Shown: positions 25,139 through 34,702 of the stretch, in pieces | How the letters are laid out: each line of letters opens with the position of its first letter | Position numbering within the stretch: position 1 is the stretch's first letter | Translations under genes and position numbers: made by a program | Assembly: GCA_049599475.1 (NCBI GenBank) | Contig: JBMYOQ010000045.1 | Location: forward strand, 1-34,702 | Direction of reading: 5' to 3' | Length of the DNA stretch: 34,702 nt | From: Opitutales bacterium | Lineage (GTDB): Bacteria > Verrucomicrobiota > Verrucomicrobiia > Opitutales > JABSRG01 | The notes under the pieces: model-generated | The model's database searches: none | Told to the model about the DNA's origin: nothing | Seen by the model: the letters and a program-made list of their open reading frames with translations, nothing else

Positions 25139-26437
25139 ATGCATGGATATAATTTATTACTAACAACCCTACTGATTTTTTATGCATCGATAGTTCGAGC
25201 TGAGCCTTCAACTGCGCTTAACCTTACGAGTCCGGAAGCTGTCGCTTGGGCTTTGGAGAAAAATCAGTCAATGCAGGCAGCACGATCTACTATAGAAGCA
25301 GCTCATGCGTATTCCGAATATGCGGGCAGATTAGAAAATCCCGAGCTAAATCTTGAATATGCCTCAGATTGGGCATTCAACAATGAAGGAGAACGGGCAT
25401 ATTCAATAGGGATCGAACAACGTTTTCCGGTAACTCATCGGCTCAAGCTTTTGAAAAATGTCTCCGCGCTTGAGATCCAATTAGCCGAGAAAGAATTTCG
25501 CAATCAACAGCGTTTATTTATTCGTGATATTGAGCTGGCTGTAGATGAGTTATCGAGCTTGGAAGCGCGCCTTCAATTACTGAATGAAGTTATCGATCTC
25601 CAAAATACCTTAACCAAGTTTCTGGAGAGGAAAATCGAAGAAGGAGAAGCATCGACACTCGATTTGAACCAAGTGCAGGTTGCGCGTTTTGCAGTCAAAC
25701 AGGACATTCAAAATCTAACCAAACAACGCGATATCGTGGTGGCACAACTACGCATTTTGCTCGGGGTTGCGAAAGACGTTGATCTTCAGATTTCATCAGT
25801 ATCACCCGAACTGACTGTCCTTCCTCCTATGCAAGACTTTGACAGCACTCAATTGATCACGCACCCAGAATATCAATACAAAACGCTTCTTGCAGAAATA
25901 GCTCAAGACCGAACTTCTCTGGCTAAGGCAGAACGATGGGCCGACATTGCTGTAGAGGTCTTTTTCGAGGAGGAACGTGCTGTGGATGAACCTGTCGGGC
26001 GCGAAACCGACCGATTCTTCGGCATTGGAGTTTCAATACCTTTACCGTTAAATGACAATAACCGTGGAGAAATTGAAGCTAGCAGACTGCGCGAAAGAAA
26101 AATCTATCACGAAACCGCAGCCCTAAAACTTCGCCTAGAAAACGAAGCAAATTCTCTAAAACTCAATGCAGAGGCGACTTATAAGCAGTTGTACGACTAC
26201 AAGAAGAGCGCAGTCGAACTTGTTGAAAAGAACCTGGAAGAGATCAATCGCGCCTACGCCGCCGGTCAGGTCGATTTAGGAGAAGTCTTTCGTGTGCAAG
26301 AACAACGATTGGAAATCAAAACAGCTCAAGTTGCTCTTCGGCATGAGCTTAATCAAATACTGATCAGGTGGCGAGCTGCGACGGCAGCGAACTTCCCCAA
26401 TAAAAAAACTGAGGAAATTTCCAATGAGACTAAGTAG
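25139..26437 (+). CDS. TolC/CzcC-family outer membrane efflux protein
   Basis: Signal peptide, NPELNL, GIGVSIPLPL..NRGEI and AYAAG; operon position. Confidence 0.9.
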   Translation: MHGYNLLLTTLLIFYASIVRAEPSTALNLTSPEAVAWALEKNQSMQAARSTIEAAHAYSEYAGRLENPELNLEYASDWAFNNEGERAYSIGIEQRFPVTHRLKLLKNVSALEIQLAEKEFRNQQRLFIRDIELAVDELSSLEARLQLLNEVIDLQNTLTKFLERKIEEGEASTLDLNQVQVARFAVKQDIQNLTKQRDIVVAQLRILLGVAKDVDLQISSVSPELTVLPPMQDFDSTQLITHPEYQYKTLLAEIAQDRTSLAKAERWADIAVEVFFEEERAVDEPVGRETDRFFGIGVSIPLPLNDNNRGEIEASRLRERKIYHETAALKLRLENEANSLKLNAEATYKQLYDYKKSAVELVEKNLEEINRAYAAGQVDLGEVFRVQEQRLEIKTAQVALRHELNQILIRWRAATAANFPNKKTEEISNETK

Positions 26438-27575
26438 CCTTTTCTTACTTTATATTTTTACAATTTCGGCAGCACATGCGTCCGATGATCTTCGTGCTCA
26501 AAATACAATCATCCTAAATGAAACGAGTGTTCGTAATCTTCAAATACAGACGGAAGAAGTGGAAGAACGCGACTTTGAGAAGACCGTTTTTGCGATTGGC
26601 CGCATTGAAGAAATTCCAGCTAGTCGCTCCGTTTTATCTTCTCGAATTGCTGGACGCATTATTGATCTTAAAGCCTTTGTTGGAGACACAGTTGATGCAG
26701 GCGACATTCTCGCCACTGTCGAAAGTCGACAGCCCGGCGACCCGCCTCCAAGCGTATCATTGAAGGCTCCTCAAGGCGGTGTGGTTGTGGCATCTCACGT
26801 CCGCTTGGGACAACCCGTTGAACCTTCAGCCGAGCTACTCGATATCTCGGATCGGTCAAAACTATGGGCAGTTGCAAAAATCCCAGAACAGGAGGCGGCA
26901 AACACAGATATTGGCTCTCTGGCTTATATTCATATTCCAGCTTTGGGCGAAGAACAAATAGAAGCCAAGCTGACCCGTTTCGGTGTTGAAGCAGATCGCC
27001 AGGCCGGCGCCATTGAGGGTATCTTTGAGTTGGATAATTCTGCCGGAAAATTACGTCCGGGCATGCGTGCAGAGTTCTCCATTGTCCTTGAAACGAAGCC
27101 CTTTGTTCTCTCAATCCCGCGCACTGCGATTCAGGGCGATCCGGCAAACCGAAAAGTCTTTGTAAAGGATTTTGAACTACCGAATGCGTTTGTGCGTGCG
27201 CCCGTCGTGCTTGGTGAGGAAAACGACCAGTATGTTGAGGTGATCAATGGTTTGTTTCCCGGCGACGAAGTCGTAACTCAAGGATCCTACGCGCTTAGTT
27301 TCACAGGTAGTGGCTCTGGCATGTCATTGAAGGAAGCACTGGATGCAGCGCACGGCCACGAGCACAATGAGGATGGTTCTGAGATCACTGATGAGCAGAT
27401 TGAGGAAGCAGAGGATCATGGCAATCACGACCACGATCACGAAGCCGGAAATGAGGCATCCCTTAGCAAACTGCTGATGATTTACGCAGGAGTAATGACC
27501 CTTTTGTTCCTGATCGCTGCACAAATTCTTTGGAACCGACGCCAGCATAAAATGGAGACAGACAATGCTGAATAA
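26424..27575 (+). CDS. RND periplasmic adaptor (CzcB/CusB family) with a His-rich tail and C-terminal TM helix
   Basis: VGDTVDAGD, LRPGM and VEVINGLFPGDEVVTQG; HGHEH...HDHDH. Confidence 0.9.
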   Translation: MRLSSLFLLYIFTISAAHASDDLRAQNTIILNETSVRNLQIQTEEVEERDFEKTVFAIGRIEEIPASRSVLSSRIAGRIIDLKAFVGDTVDAGDILATVESRQPGDPPPSVSLKAPQGGVVVASHVRLGQPVEPSAELLDISDRSKLWAVAKIPEQEAANTDIGSLAYIHIPALGEEQIEAKLTRFGVEADRQAGAIEGIFELDNSAGKLRPGMRAEFSIVLETKPFVLSIPRTAIQGDPANRKVFVKDFELPNAFVRAPVVLGEENDQYVEVINGLFPGDEVVTQGSYALSFTGSGSGMSLKEALDAAHGHEHNEDGSEITDEQIEEAEDHGNHDHDHEAGNEASLSKLLMIYAGVMTLLFLIAAQILWNRRQHKMETDNAE

Positions 27576-30500
27576 GCTCATTCAGTTTTCGCTAACGCAT
27601 AGGCCACTCATTTTGGCCCTTGCTCTGGTGGTTTTCATCTGGGGACTGAAAACTGCACGCGAACTCCCCGTCGAAGTATTACCGGACTTAACTAAACCTA
27701 CAGTTACGATCCTAACTGAGGCCTCAGGCTTTTCACCTGAAGAAGTGGAAACTCTGGTGACAATCCCTCTGGAGAATTCTCTTATGGGAGTTACAGGGGT
27801 CACGCGACTGCGCTCAGTCAATGACATCAGTTTGTCATTGGTATTCATCGAATTTGAGTGGGGAACGGATATCTATCAGGCACGTCAATTCGTCCAAGAA
27901 CGGCTAGTGGGAGTCAGCGAATCTCTGCCAGAAGGCGTGAATCCTTACATGACCCCTGTCTCCTCTTTGATGGGAGATATCATGCTAGTCGGTCTTGTTG
28001 ATCCCACAGGTGCGACTGAACCCAGGGATTTGCGAACGCTGGCAGATTGGACTGTTGCACGCCGCTTGCAGTCGATCCCGGGCATTGCCGAAGTGTTGTC
28101 CATGGGCGGCGGCGTCAAGCAAGTCCAAGTGCAGCCCAACCCCGATAAAATGTTGGCGATGAGGATTCTACACGAAGATCTACGTGATGCGACCGCTAAT
28201 GCTGTTAGTAATAGCACGGGTGGTTTTTTAACTGAGTCCTCTCAGGAAATCATGGTCCGCAATCTGGCGATGACTTCTGACCTTGAAGCTATCGGTAATA
28301 CGGTCGTCACTCACTTAAATGATCGTCCTGTTCGTATCAAAGATGTCGCTACAGTCATCTGGGATGTCGAGCCGATGCGTGGTGACGCTGGCATGGGAAG
28401 TAAGCTGCTTGGCGACCATATCGCGAAAGGCTATCCGGGAGTAATTCTGAGCGTTAAAAAATCGCCGGGCTTCGACACTCTAGCGCTCACTGACAGAGTC
28501 GAAGAGGCGTTAGAAGAATTACAAGTTACGCTTCCCGAAGGAACCAAGCTGCTCCCAATCTATCGCCAGTCAGATTTCATTAATCTCGCCGTCGGTAACT
28601 TGAAAGAAGCCCTCATCGAAGGAGCGGTCATGGTGGCCGTAGTCCTGTTTCTTTTCCTGCTCAACGTTCGCATAACACTCATCACATTGACTGCTATACC
28701 GCTCTCTTTGGGAATGACTGTGCTGGTTTTTGGTTCTTTCGGCTTAAGCGTAAACTCCATGACACTTGGAGGTTTGGCTGTCGCCATCGGAATGGTGGTC
28801 GATGATGCGATTGTTGACGTAGAAAATGTTTTCCGCCGATTACGTGAAAATGCATTGCTAGCGAAGCCACACAACAAACTAGAGGTTATTGCGAAGGCCT
28901 CTGCTGAGGTTCGTTCATCTATTCTTTATGCAACAGTGCTTATCATCCTAGTATTCTTGCCTCTTATGGCTTTGAGCGGAGTCGAAGGGCGACTTTTCAC
29001 ACCCATAGCCATCGCAACAATTGTCAGTATGGCTGCTTCGTTTCTCGTCTCATTGACAGTTATCCCAGTGCTGAGTTCTTATCTGCTGAAACCGAAGGGA
29101 GACAATAAGCACGCCGATGGGAGGATAGAGCGCTTCGTCAAAAAAGCATTCAAAGTCACATGGCTAAAGTTCTCTCTCTCGCAGCCCTTCATGGTGCTTC
29201 TTGGGACTGCTTTTTTAGTCATACTAGCGGCATTATCTTTCACTCAAATGGGCGGTAACTTTCTACCCGCATTTAGGGAGCCCACTGTTCTTGTAGCCAC
29301 AACAACTGCTCCGGGAACATCTCTGAAGCAAACGCGTGAAATTGCTGATACAGCACAAGATTTACTTCTGCAAATCCCAGAGATTGAAACGGTTGGCTAT
29401 CGCGTTGGCCGCGCAGAGCGTGGGGATCATGTCGTTCCTGTTTCAACGGTCGAATTCGATGTAGAGTTTGTCCAGAACTATGAACGCAGCCGTAGTGATG
29501 TGCTCGAAGATATTCGAAGTGCCATGCAGACGATCCCTGGCACTTTCAGCGCATTGAGCGGCCCTCTGGCGGATCGTATTGGCCACATGCTTAGCGGGGT
29601 ATCCGCGAAAGTCGCAGTCAAAGTCTTCGGACCTGATCTCGACGAACTGCGTCGCATTGGCACCAAAATCGCAGAGATTGCACGTGAAATACCGGGTATG
29701 GAGGAAGCCCGTATCGAGCAACAGGCTCCTATCCCACAACTGCGCATCGAAATAGATCGCAAACGGGCAATGGCTTATGGCGTCACCCCGGGTGAACTCA
29801 ATGCAGAACTCTCTGCACTTATGGGAGGAGAAGCGGTTGCCGAGATCTACGAAGACCAACGCGTCTATGATCTAGTGCTAAGGCTTCCTCTCGAATGGCG
29901 CGAGTCACCACGAAGACTATCACAACTCTACATCGACACGCAGAGTGGTCAGCGAATACCACTGAGTTATGTTGCAAACATCCGCCATGCGACTGGCCCA
30001 AACAATATACTGCGAGAGAACACCATCCGCCGATTTGTAGTCTCAATTAATCCAACGGTCGATGACTTGAATGCAGCCGTTGAAACACTTCAGGACAAAG
30101 TCGCCTCCGAAATGCAATTGCCAGAAGGATACACCATTTCCTTTGAAGGTGAATATGAAGCGCAAGCGCAAGCTAAACGCACGATCCTTATCACCTCGGC
30201 GATTGTTCTACTGGTTATCTCATTCCTACTCTACAGCTATTTCCGAAGTTTTGTCTTTGTTGTATTAGTCCTAACAATTGTGCCTATTTCACTCGTCGGC
30301 AGCATCTTCCTTACTGCGGCCACGCTTGATAATATAAGCATCGCTACGCTCGTCGGCTTTATCGCAGTGAGTGGCATTGCGGCTCGTAATAACATCATGC
30401 TCATCTCCCACTACTTACATTTGATGCGTCATGAAGGTGAGCGATTTACCCGTAAGATGGTCGAACGCGGCACGCAAGAACGTCTCATTCCGATTCTGAT

Positions 30501-30714
30501 GACTGCGATATCAGCAGGCTTAGCACTTGTGCCTTTGCTTTTGGCAACTGAGGAACCCGGCAAAGAAATCCTCAATCCAATCGCGGTCGTCATCGTCGGC
30601 GGTCTTGTTACCTCCACTTTGCTCGGCCTTGGTGTCACACCGGCGATCTTTTATTCATTCTGCCGACACTCGGCCGAAAAGTCAGTTAAACTGAAATCCA
30701 CTGCGTCAGAATAA
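27565..30714 (+). CDS. Heavy-metal RND permease (CusA/CzcA family)
   Basis: 1049 aa; LPVEVLPDL, AIGMVVDDAIVDVEN and ERLIPILMTA. Confidence 0.95.
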   Translation: MLNKLIQFSLTHRPLILALALVVFIWGLKTARELPVEVLPDLTKPTVTILTEASGFSPEEVETLVTIPLENSLMGVTGVTRLRSVNDISLSLVFIEFEWGTDIYQARQFVQERLVGVSESLPEGVNPYMTPVSSLMGDIMLVGLVDPTGATEPRDLRTLADWTVARRLQSIPGIAEVLSMGGGVKQVQVQPNPDKMLAMRILHEDLRDATANAVSNSTGGFLTESSQEIMVRNLAMTSDLEAIGNTVVTHLNDRPVRIKDVATVIWDVEPMRGDAGMGSKLLGDHIAKGYPGVILSVKKSPGFDTLALTDRVEEALEELQVTLPEGTKLLPIYRQSDFINLAVGNLKEALIEGAVMVAVVLFLFLLNVRITLITLTAIPLSLGMTVLVFGSFGLSVNSMTLGGLAVAIGMVVDDAIVDVENVFRRLRENALLAKPHNKLEVIAKASAEVRSSILYATVLIILVFLPLMALSGVEGRLFTPIAIATIVSMAASFLVSLTVIPVLSSYLLKPKGDNKHADGRIERFVKKAFKVTWLKFSLSQPFMVLLGTAFLVILAALSFTQMGGNFLPAFREPTVLVATTTAPGTSLKQTREIADTAQDLLLQIPEIETVGYRVGRAERGDHVVPVSTVEFDVEFVQNYERSRSDVLEDIRSAMQTIPGTFSALSGPLADRIGHMLSGVSAKVAVKVFGPDLDELRRIGTKIAEIAREIPGMEEARIEQQAPIPQLRIEIDRKRAMAYGVTPGELNAELSALMGGEAVAEIYEDQRVYDLVLRLPLEWRESPRRLSQLYIDTQSGQRIPLSYVANIRHATGPNNILRENTIRRFVVSINPTVDDLNAAVETLQDKVASEMQLPEGYTISFEGEYEAQAQAKRTILITSAIVLLVISFLLYSYFRSFVFVVLVLTIVPISLVGSIFLTAATLDNISIATLVGFIAVSGIAARNNIMLISHYLHLMRHEGERFTRKMVERGTQERLIPILMTAISAGLALVPLLLATEEPGKEILNPIAVVIVGGLVTSTLLGLGVTPAIFYSFCRHSAEKSVKLKSTASE

Positions 30715-30741
30715 TTTCAACCAAATAGAAAGCACTGTACC

Positions 30742-31308
30742 ATGAAATATAAAACATCCCTAGTCACCGCGCTAATCGCTGCTTGTATTCTAATCACAAA
30801 TGCATCAAATGCAGAAAATAATGACCACGATCATTCCACACATGATCATTCACAGCACGACCATGGGGCGCACGACGACCATGAGCATAATGAACATGCC
30901 GGGCATGATCATCATGAAAAACAAGTGGGGCCAAACGGCGGCCGCTTAATTACATCAATTGAGCCTCACCTGGAATTTTTTGTGACTGAACAAGGCTTTG
31001 TCCAGATCACGTTTTTAAATGAACTCAATAAACCCATTGCGCGTAAAGAGCAGATTGTTTCGTTAATTGGGGGTGACCGTCAGGAGCCATTTAGGCTTAC
31101 ATTTAAAGCTAAAGAAAAATCGCTAATTTCCACTGAAACTCTACCTAAGGGTAACAACTTGCCGATCATCCTTTCTATTAAACTAGATGAAAATTCTAAA
31201 ACAGTCAGAGAGAGGTTTAACCTTAATCTAAGTGAATGTCCAACCTGTGACTACAAGGAATATGCATGCACCTGTGAGCATCACGACCACGAAGGACATG
31301 ATCACTGA
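30742..31308 (+). CDS. Exported His-rich metal-binding protein
   Basis: Signal peptide; long His/Asp tract; GPNGGR; C-terminal CPTCDYKEYACTCEHHDH. Confidence 0.85.
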   Translation: MKYKTSLVTALIAACILITNASNAENNDHDHSTHDHSQHDHGAHDDHEHNEHAGHDHHEKQVGPNGGRLITSIEPHLEFFVTEQGFVQITFLNELNKPIARKEQIVSLIGGDRQEPFRLTFKAKEKSLISTETLPKGNNLPIILSIKLDENSKTVRERFNLNLSECPTCDYKEYACTCEHHDHEGHDH

Positions 31309-31379
31309 TCCCGATTGTTTTGACTGAATATTGACTGAAACAGGCGAACATAAATTTCCCTAAATTAACTTGACGCATA

Positions 31380-31424
31380 GCGAGATGTGTTTTTGTCGGA
31401 CAAAAACCACTACGTTACATCTCG
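31380..31424 (-). other. Putative oriT (MOBP-like) with predicted nic at 31381/31380 on the minus strand
   Basis: Perfect inverted repeat GTTTTTGTC-g-GACAAAAAC (31389-31407), flanked by CGAGATGT/ACATCTCG; upstream of mobC. Confidence 0.7.
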
Positions 31425-31563
31425 GAAAGGGAGGGCTCTGCCCCCCGTTTCATCCCCCCGCTAGGAGTGGGCTAGCCCCTCCTGTAACCACCCCAAACGG
31501 GTGACCCCGTAAACCCCTTAACTGAAACTCATAGGAGTTTTCTTTGCTTAAATCGCACGGTGG

Positions 31564-31589
31564 CCGGATCGCCGCATGCCTTCAATCGT
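31564..31589 (+). promoter_or_regulatory. Putative ECF-type promoter CCGGAT-N17-CGT
   Basis: CCGGAT cgccgcatgccttcaat CGT, 18 nt before the mobC ATG. Confidence 0.6.
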
Positions 31590-31607
31590 AATGGATGGCA
31601 TAGAGTC

Positions 31608-31952
31608 ATGGCCCGCCCTAAGAAATCCATTCAAGCTCGCAAAACGCGCAAGCTCTGCTACCGCCTTTCTGAAGCGGAGTATTTGAAGCTGTCCCATAAG
31701 GCGGCTTCGATAGGTGTGAGCGTTAACGAGCTTGCACGTCGTTTAGCGCTTGATCGTTCAGATGCTCTGAACGTCACGGTAAATGAGCGCGTCGACCCTG
31801 CCCTCATCCAGCAGCTGCATCACATAGGCATAAACCTCAATCAAACAGTGAAGCGCTTTCACATGACGGGCCGCAGCCCGAAATATCTGGATGCCATGTG
31901 TGAGCGGATCGATGCCTTGATCGATGAAGCACAATCTCAGGAGAAAATCTAA
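31608..31952 (+). CDS. mobC: Relaxosome accessory protein MobC
   Basis: RHH-type RLSEAEY...SVNELAR and LHHIGINLNQ; stop overlaps the relaxase start. Confidence 0.9.
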   Translation: MARPKKSIQARKTRKLCYRLSEAEYLKLSHKAASIGVSVNELARRLALDRSDALNVTVNERVDPALIQQLHHIGINLNQTVKRFHMTGRSPKYLDAMCERIDALIDEAQSQEKI

Positions 31953-33265
31953 TGGTCCCCGTGATCGCCGGAATGGGAACGTCCTTCAAAGGGGCGTTCC
32001 TCTATTATTGCCATGACAAAGATGCGAGAACGACCATGCGCGTGGCATGGACCGAAACGCGGAACCTGATGGCGGATACGGTAGATAAGGCTTGGCGCTT
32101 CATGGCTTACACAGCCAAGAGCCATGAACGGCTAAAACAAGCGGCAGGCGTTAAGGCGACTGGGCGCAAATTAGAAAAGCCCGTCTTCACCTATTCTTTG
32201 AGTTGGCATCCCGAGCAGTCGCCGACTAAGCGCGAAATGCTGCAAGCTGCCGATGACTCCTTAAAGGCTCTCGGGCTGGAAGAGCATCAGGTTATTATCT
32301 CGTGTCACAGGGATGAGCCTCATCCTCACGTGCATTTGATCGTCAACCGCACGCATCCGCTCACGGGCATTGCTGCAAAGCTCAGTCGCTCAAAACGCAA
32401 GCTCTCGGATTTTGCACGGGTATTTCAGCGCAAAGAAGGCACGGACTATTGCCCCGCTCGTGAGGAGAATTACCAGAAGCGAAAAGCTGGGAAAAGAACC
32501 AAGCATGGTGATCCAGTTATCGTGAATGCATGGGCGAATAGTGATAGCGGAAAAGAGTTCGTGGCTGCGCTCGAAGCAGAGGGTTACGCGCTGGCAAACG
32601 GTAATCGACGTCTTGTCGTCGTTGATCGCTACGGAAAATCGATCAATCCCGTTCGCCAACTTGAAGGCGTAAAAGCAAAAGAGTTCAATGCCTTGCTCAG
32701 TGATTTAGATCTGAATTCTCTGCCCGATGCGTCCACTCTTCAGAGGTCAGCGAAAAACGCTGAAAAAGAAAAACGAGCCGCCGCGCGACGAAAACGTGAG
32801 GAGCTTGAGGAGCGCAAAGCTCTGATGCTGGCAGCTCTTCAAGATCGCCAGATCCAGGAACGCGCAGAGGTTTTCAACAAGCATCATACACGAATAGAAA
32901 AAGCGAAGGATGAACTTTCGGCTTACTATTCATTGAGCAAGCACAAGCGCGATATCGAGAACCTCAATACACGCCTCAATAACACTGGAGTATTTGGCCG
33001 TTTGCTCGGAAAACATCAAAAAATTGCCGATGAAAAGGCCGCGAAGCTGAAAACGCTGAATAATGCCCAAATGCGCTTCAATGAGGCGATAGGATCGCTT
33101 GAGAAGAAACGTGACCGCGAACTAGAGCAGCTCTCGCAGAAGCAATCTGAGCAGGTCAGGAAAATATCTCTTGAATTGGATGCTCAGTTCTTTGAGCGAG
33201 AGCATGCCCCTCAAAGGCGTAGTCGAAATCAAAATACAGCATCCCGTGAAATACGGGGGCCGTAG
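31952..33265 (+). CDS. Relaxase, MOBP-like HUH
   Basis: G.SFKGAFLYY, YSLSWHP and HRDEPHPHVHLIVN; coiled-coil C-terminus. Confidence 0.93.
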   Translation: MVPVIAGMGTSFKGAFLYYCHDKDARTTMRVAWTETRNLMADTVDKAWRFMAYTAKSHERLKQAAGVKATGRKLEKPVFTYSLSWHPEQSPTKREMLQAADDSLKALGLEEHQVIISCHRDEPHPHVHLIVNRTHPLTGIAAKLSRSKRKLSDFARVFQRKEGTDYCPAREENYQKRKAGKRTKHGDPVIVNAWANSDSGKEFVAALEAEGYALANGNRRLVVVDRYGKSINPVRQLEGVKAKEFNALLSDLDLNSLPDASTLQRSAKNAEKEKRAAARRKREELEERKALMLAALQDRQIQERAEVFNKHHTRIEKAKDELSAYYSLSKHKRDIENLNTRLNNTGVFGRLLGKHQKIADEKAAKLKTLNNAQMRFNEAIGSLEKKRDRELEQLSQKQSEQVRKISLELDAQFFEREHAPQRRSRNQNTASREIRGP

Positions 33266-33281
33266 GGTTTTTTATTAAGGG

Positions 33282-33307
33282 CCGGATTTTTGAGGCTGCC
33301 AGAGCGT
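33282..33307 (+). promoter_or_regulatory. Putative ECF-type promoter CCGGAT-N17-CGT
   Basis: CCGGATTTTTgaggctgccagaGCGT, 10 nt before the excisionase ATG. Confidence 0.65.
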
Positions 33308-33317
33308 GTCTTCGAGT

Positions 33318-33515
33318 ATGAATAACCTGACACCCAATGACACCCTTATCTCTATCAAAGACGTAGCTAAACGCCTTTCTTTGTCCGTCCGTGCTGTCTA
33401 TCGCCTGATTGCCGATAACAGCTTTCCTCCACCCGTAAAAGTGGGCGGAGCCTCCCGCTGGTATGAGAGTGACCTCAGTGATTATCTGAATCGTCTCAAG
33501 AGCCAGCGTCCGTAA
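33318..33515 (+). CDS. AlpA-family HTH protein, probable excisionase
   Basis: LISIKDVAKRLSLSVRAVYRLI...FPPPVKVGGASRW; directly upstream of the integrase. Confidence 0.9.
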   Translation: MNNLTPNDTLISIKDVAKRLSLSVRAVYRLIADNSFPPPVKVGGASRWYESDLSDYLNRLKSQRP

Positions 33516-33540
33516 TTTTTCATCCAACCAGAAGGAGCCC

Positions 33541-34695
33541 ATGATGACTAAATTCGTGTATCGCCAAAGGCGAAAGCTAAACGGAAAGACCAGCCTCGCT
33601 AAGACCTATTCGGGAGGCTACGCGCTGCCTTGGCAGACTGGTCGCAGGACCGTTGCTCTAAAAACTGCGGACAAGCGCATTGCTGAAAAACGCCTCGATC
33701 AATTCGTTCGATGCCTCGAACTGGAGCATGAAGGCGAACCAATCCCTTCCAATCTTTGGGGCGCACCCAAGCGCGAAATCAAAGATCTCTTGGATGATTA
33801 CAAGAGAGGCCTTTTGAGTAAGCGCCGCGCGGAACGTCACGTCCACGACACCTGCACACGCATTGAGACTTTGTGCAAGAAGCTCTCTTGGAAGACACTC
33901 GATGATATCGCACCGCTAGGCTTTGAGCGCTGGCGCTCGCGTGGTCCCTTGAATGAGCGCACCGAACGCCCCATCTCGGCAAAGACCCTCAACGAGTATT
34001 TGGTCAGTATCAAGGCCTTCGTCAATTGGGCCATCAAGCTTGGCTACATGGAAAGCAATCCGCTCAAATCCATCGAGAAAGTGGAAACGCGCGGAGCGGA
34101 GACGAAAAAGCGTCGCGCCTGGAGCGATGAAGAGTTTGAGACATTTATGACGGAAGGCACACCTCATCGCGCGGATTACCGCGCTGCCGTCTTTCTTCTC
34201 CGCTGGACGGGGCTGCGTAAAAACGAACTCCAGCGTCTCACTTGGGGCGATGTCTTCATTGATGGTGATAAGCCGTTCATGACCGTGCGCTCATCGGTTT
34301 CGAAAAACCACAAAGAGGAATCGATCCCTTTGCTCGGGATCGCTGCGGATTATTTCAAGTTGCTCCGCCCTGAACACTGGAAGGGGTCACAAAAGGTGCT
34401 GGGCTTTACCATCCCTGCATCCAAACAGCTCAAATACGATCTCAAGCGCTTGGACATCACCTACAGCAATGAGGTGGGCGATCTCGATTTTCACGCTCTA
34501 CGCCACACTTTCGGCACATGGCTTGTTTCGCAAGGTGTGCCATTAAAAGAGGTCCAAGTGCTCATGCGTCACTCGGATATTAACATGACCGCGAACCGTT
34601 ATACCGACGTAACACGCTTACCTATCGCACGCACGATCAGCGATTTGGCGTTCTTCCTCAAAGATTGGGGCCATGAGGCAAAAGTGCCAGCATGA
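33541..34695 (+). CDS. Tyrosine recombinase/integrase
   Basis: TGLRKNEL, SKNHK, FHALRHTF and MRHSDINMTANRYT (R-K-HxxR-H-Y). Confidence 0.96.
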   Translation: MMTKFVYRQRRKLNGKTSLAKTYSGGYALPWQTGRRTVALKTADKRIAEKRLDQFVRCLELEHEGEPIPSNLWGAPKREIKDLLDDYKRGLLSKRRAERHVHDTCTRIETLCKKLSWKTLDDIAPLGFERWRSRGPLNERTERPISAKTLNEYLVSIKAFVNWAIKLGYMESNPLKSIEKVETRGAETKKRRAWSDEEFETFMTEGTPHRADYRAAVFLLRWTGLRKNELQRLTWGDVFIDGDKPFMTVRSSVSKNHKEESIPLLGIAADYFKLLRPEHWKGSQKVLGFTIPASKQLKYDLKRLDITYSNEVGDLDFHALRHTFGTWLVSQGVPLKEVQVLMRHSDINMTANRYTDVTRLPIARTISDLAFFLKDWGHEAKVPA

Positions 34696-34702
34696 CCCCA
34701 GT

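Larger units (their letters stand above)
119..34702. mobile_element. tRNA-integrated integrative mobilizable element (right boundary just outside the window)
   Basis: tRNA 3' fragment at left; tyrosine integrase, excisionase, relaxase, MobC and oriT at right; VirD4, ArdA, RadC and defence cargo inside; no VirB4 or other Mpf genes recognised. Confidence 0.85.

Noticed and set aside
27582..30638. Antisense and alternate-frame ORFs inside the RND permease and other long genes
   Set aside because: They are shadow ORFs fully overlapping well-supported genes and show no recognisable motifs.
33243..33275. Terminator after the relaxase
   Set aside because: The stem (CCCGT/ACGGG) is only 5 bp, lies inside the CDS and is separated from the T run.
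119..34702. Self-transmissible ICE or prophage
   Set aside because: No VirB4/Mpf genes and no capsid, terminase or tail genes were recognised.

Overview
Nearly the whole window (119 to the right edge) is one integrative mobilizable element. A tRNA 3'-end fragment (att core, 119-148) marks the left end. At the right end are oriT, mobC, a MOBP-type relaxase, an AlpA-like excisionase and a tyrosine integrase; the intact tRNA is predicted just beyond the window. Left to right the cargo is: a Fic protein; a VirD4 coupling protein with membrane and VWA genes but no recognisable mating-pair genes; an ECF-type sigma factor module; a tightly coupled defence operon (orphan ParD-like regulator, YeeABC-like methyltransferase/helicase/GIY-YIG nuclease, Sir2-HerA); anti-defence and leading-region genes (ardA, radC); a large serine recombinase; and a His-rich heavy-metal RND efflux cluster. 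The strongest unexplained signal is the motif CCGGAT-N17-CGT. It occurs exactly four times and twice with one mismatch, oriented toward xis-int, mobC-relaxase and other backbone operons. This suggests the element's own sigma factor runs a private excision/transfer regulon, possibly controlled by a small partner protein with a T4SS-signal-like tail. All family calls come from motifs read by eye; no database searches were run.
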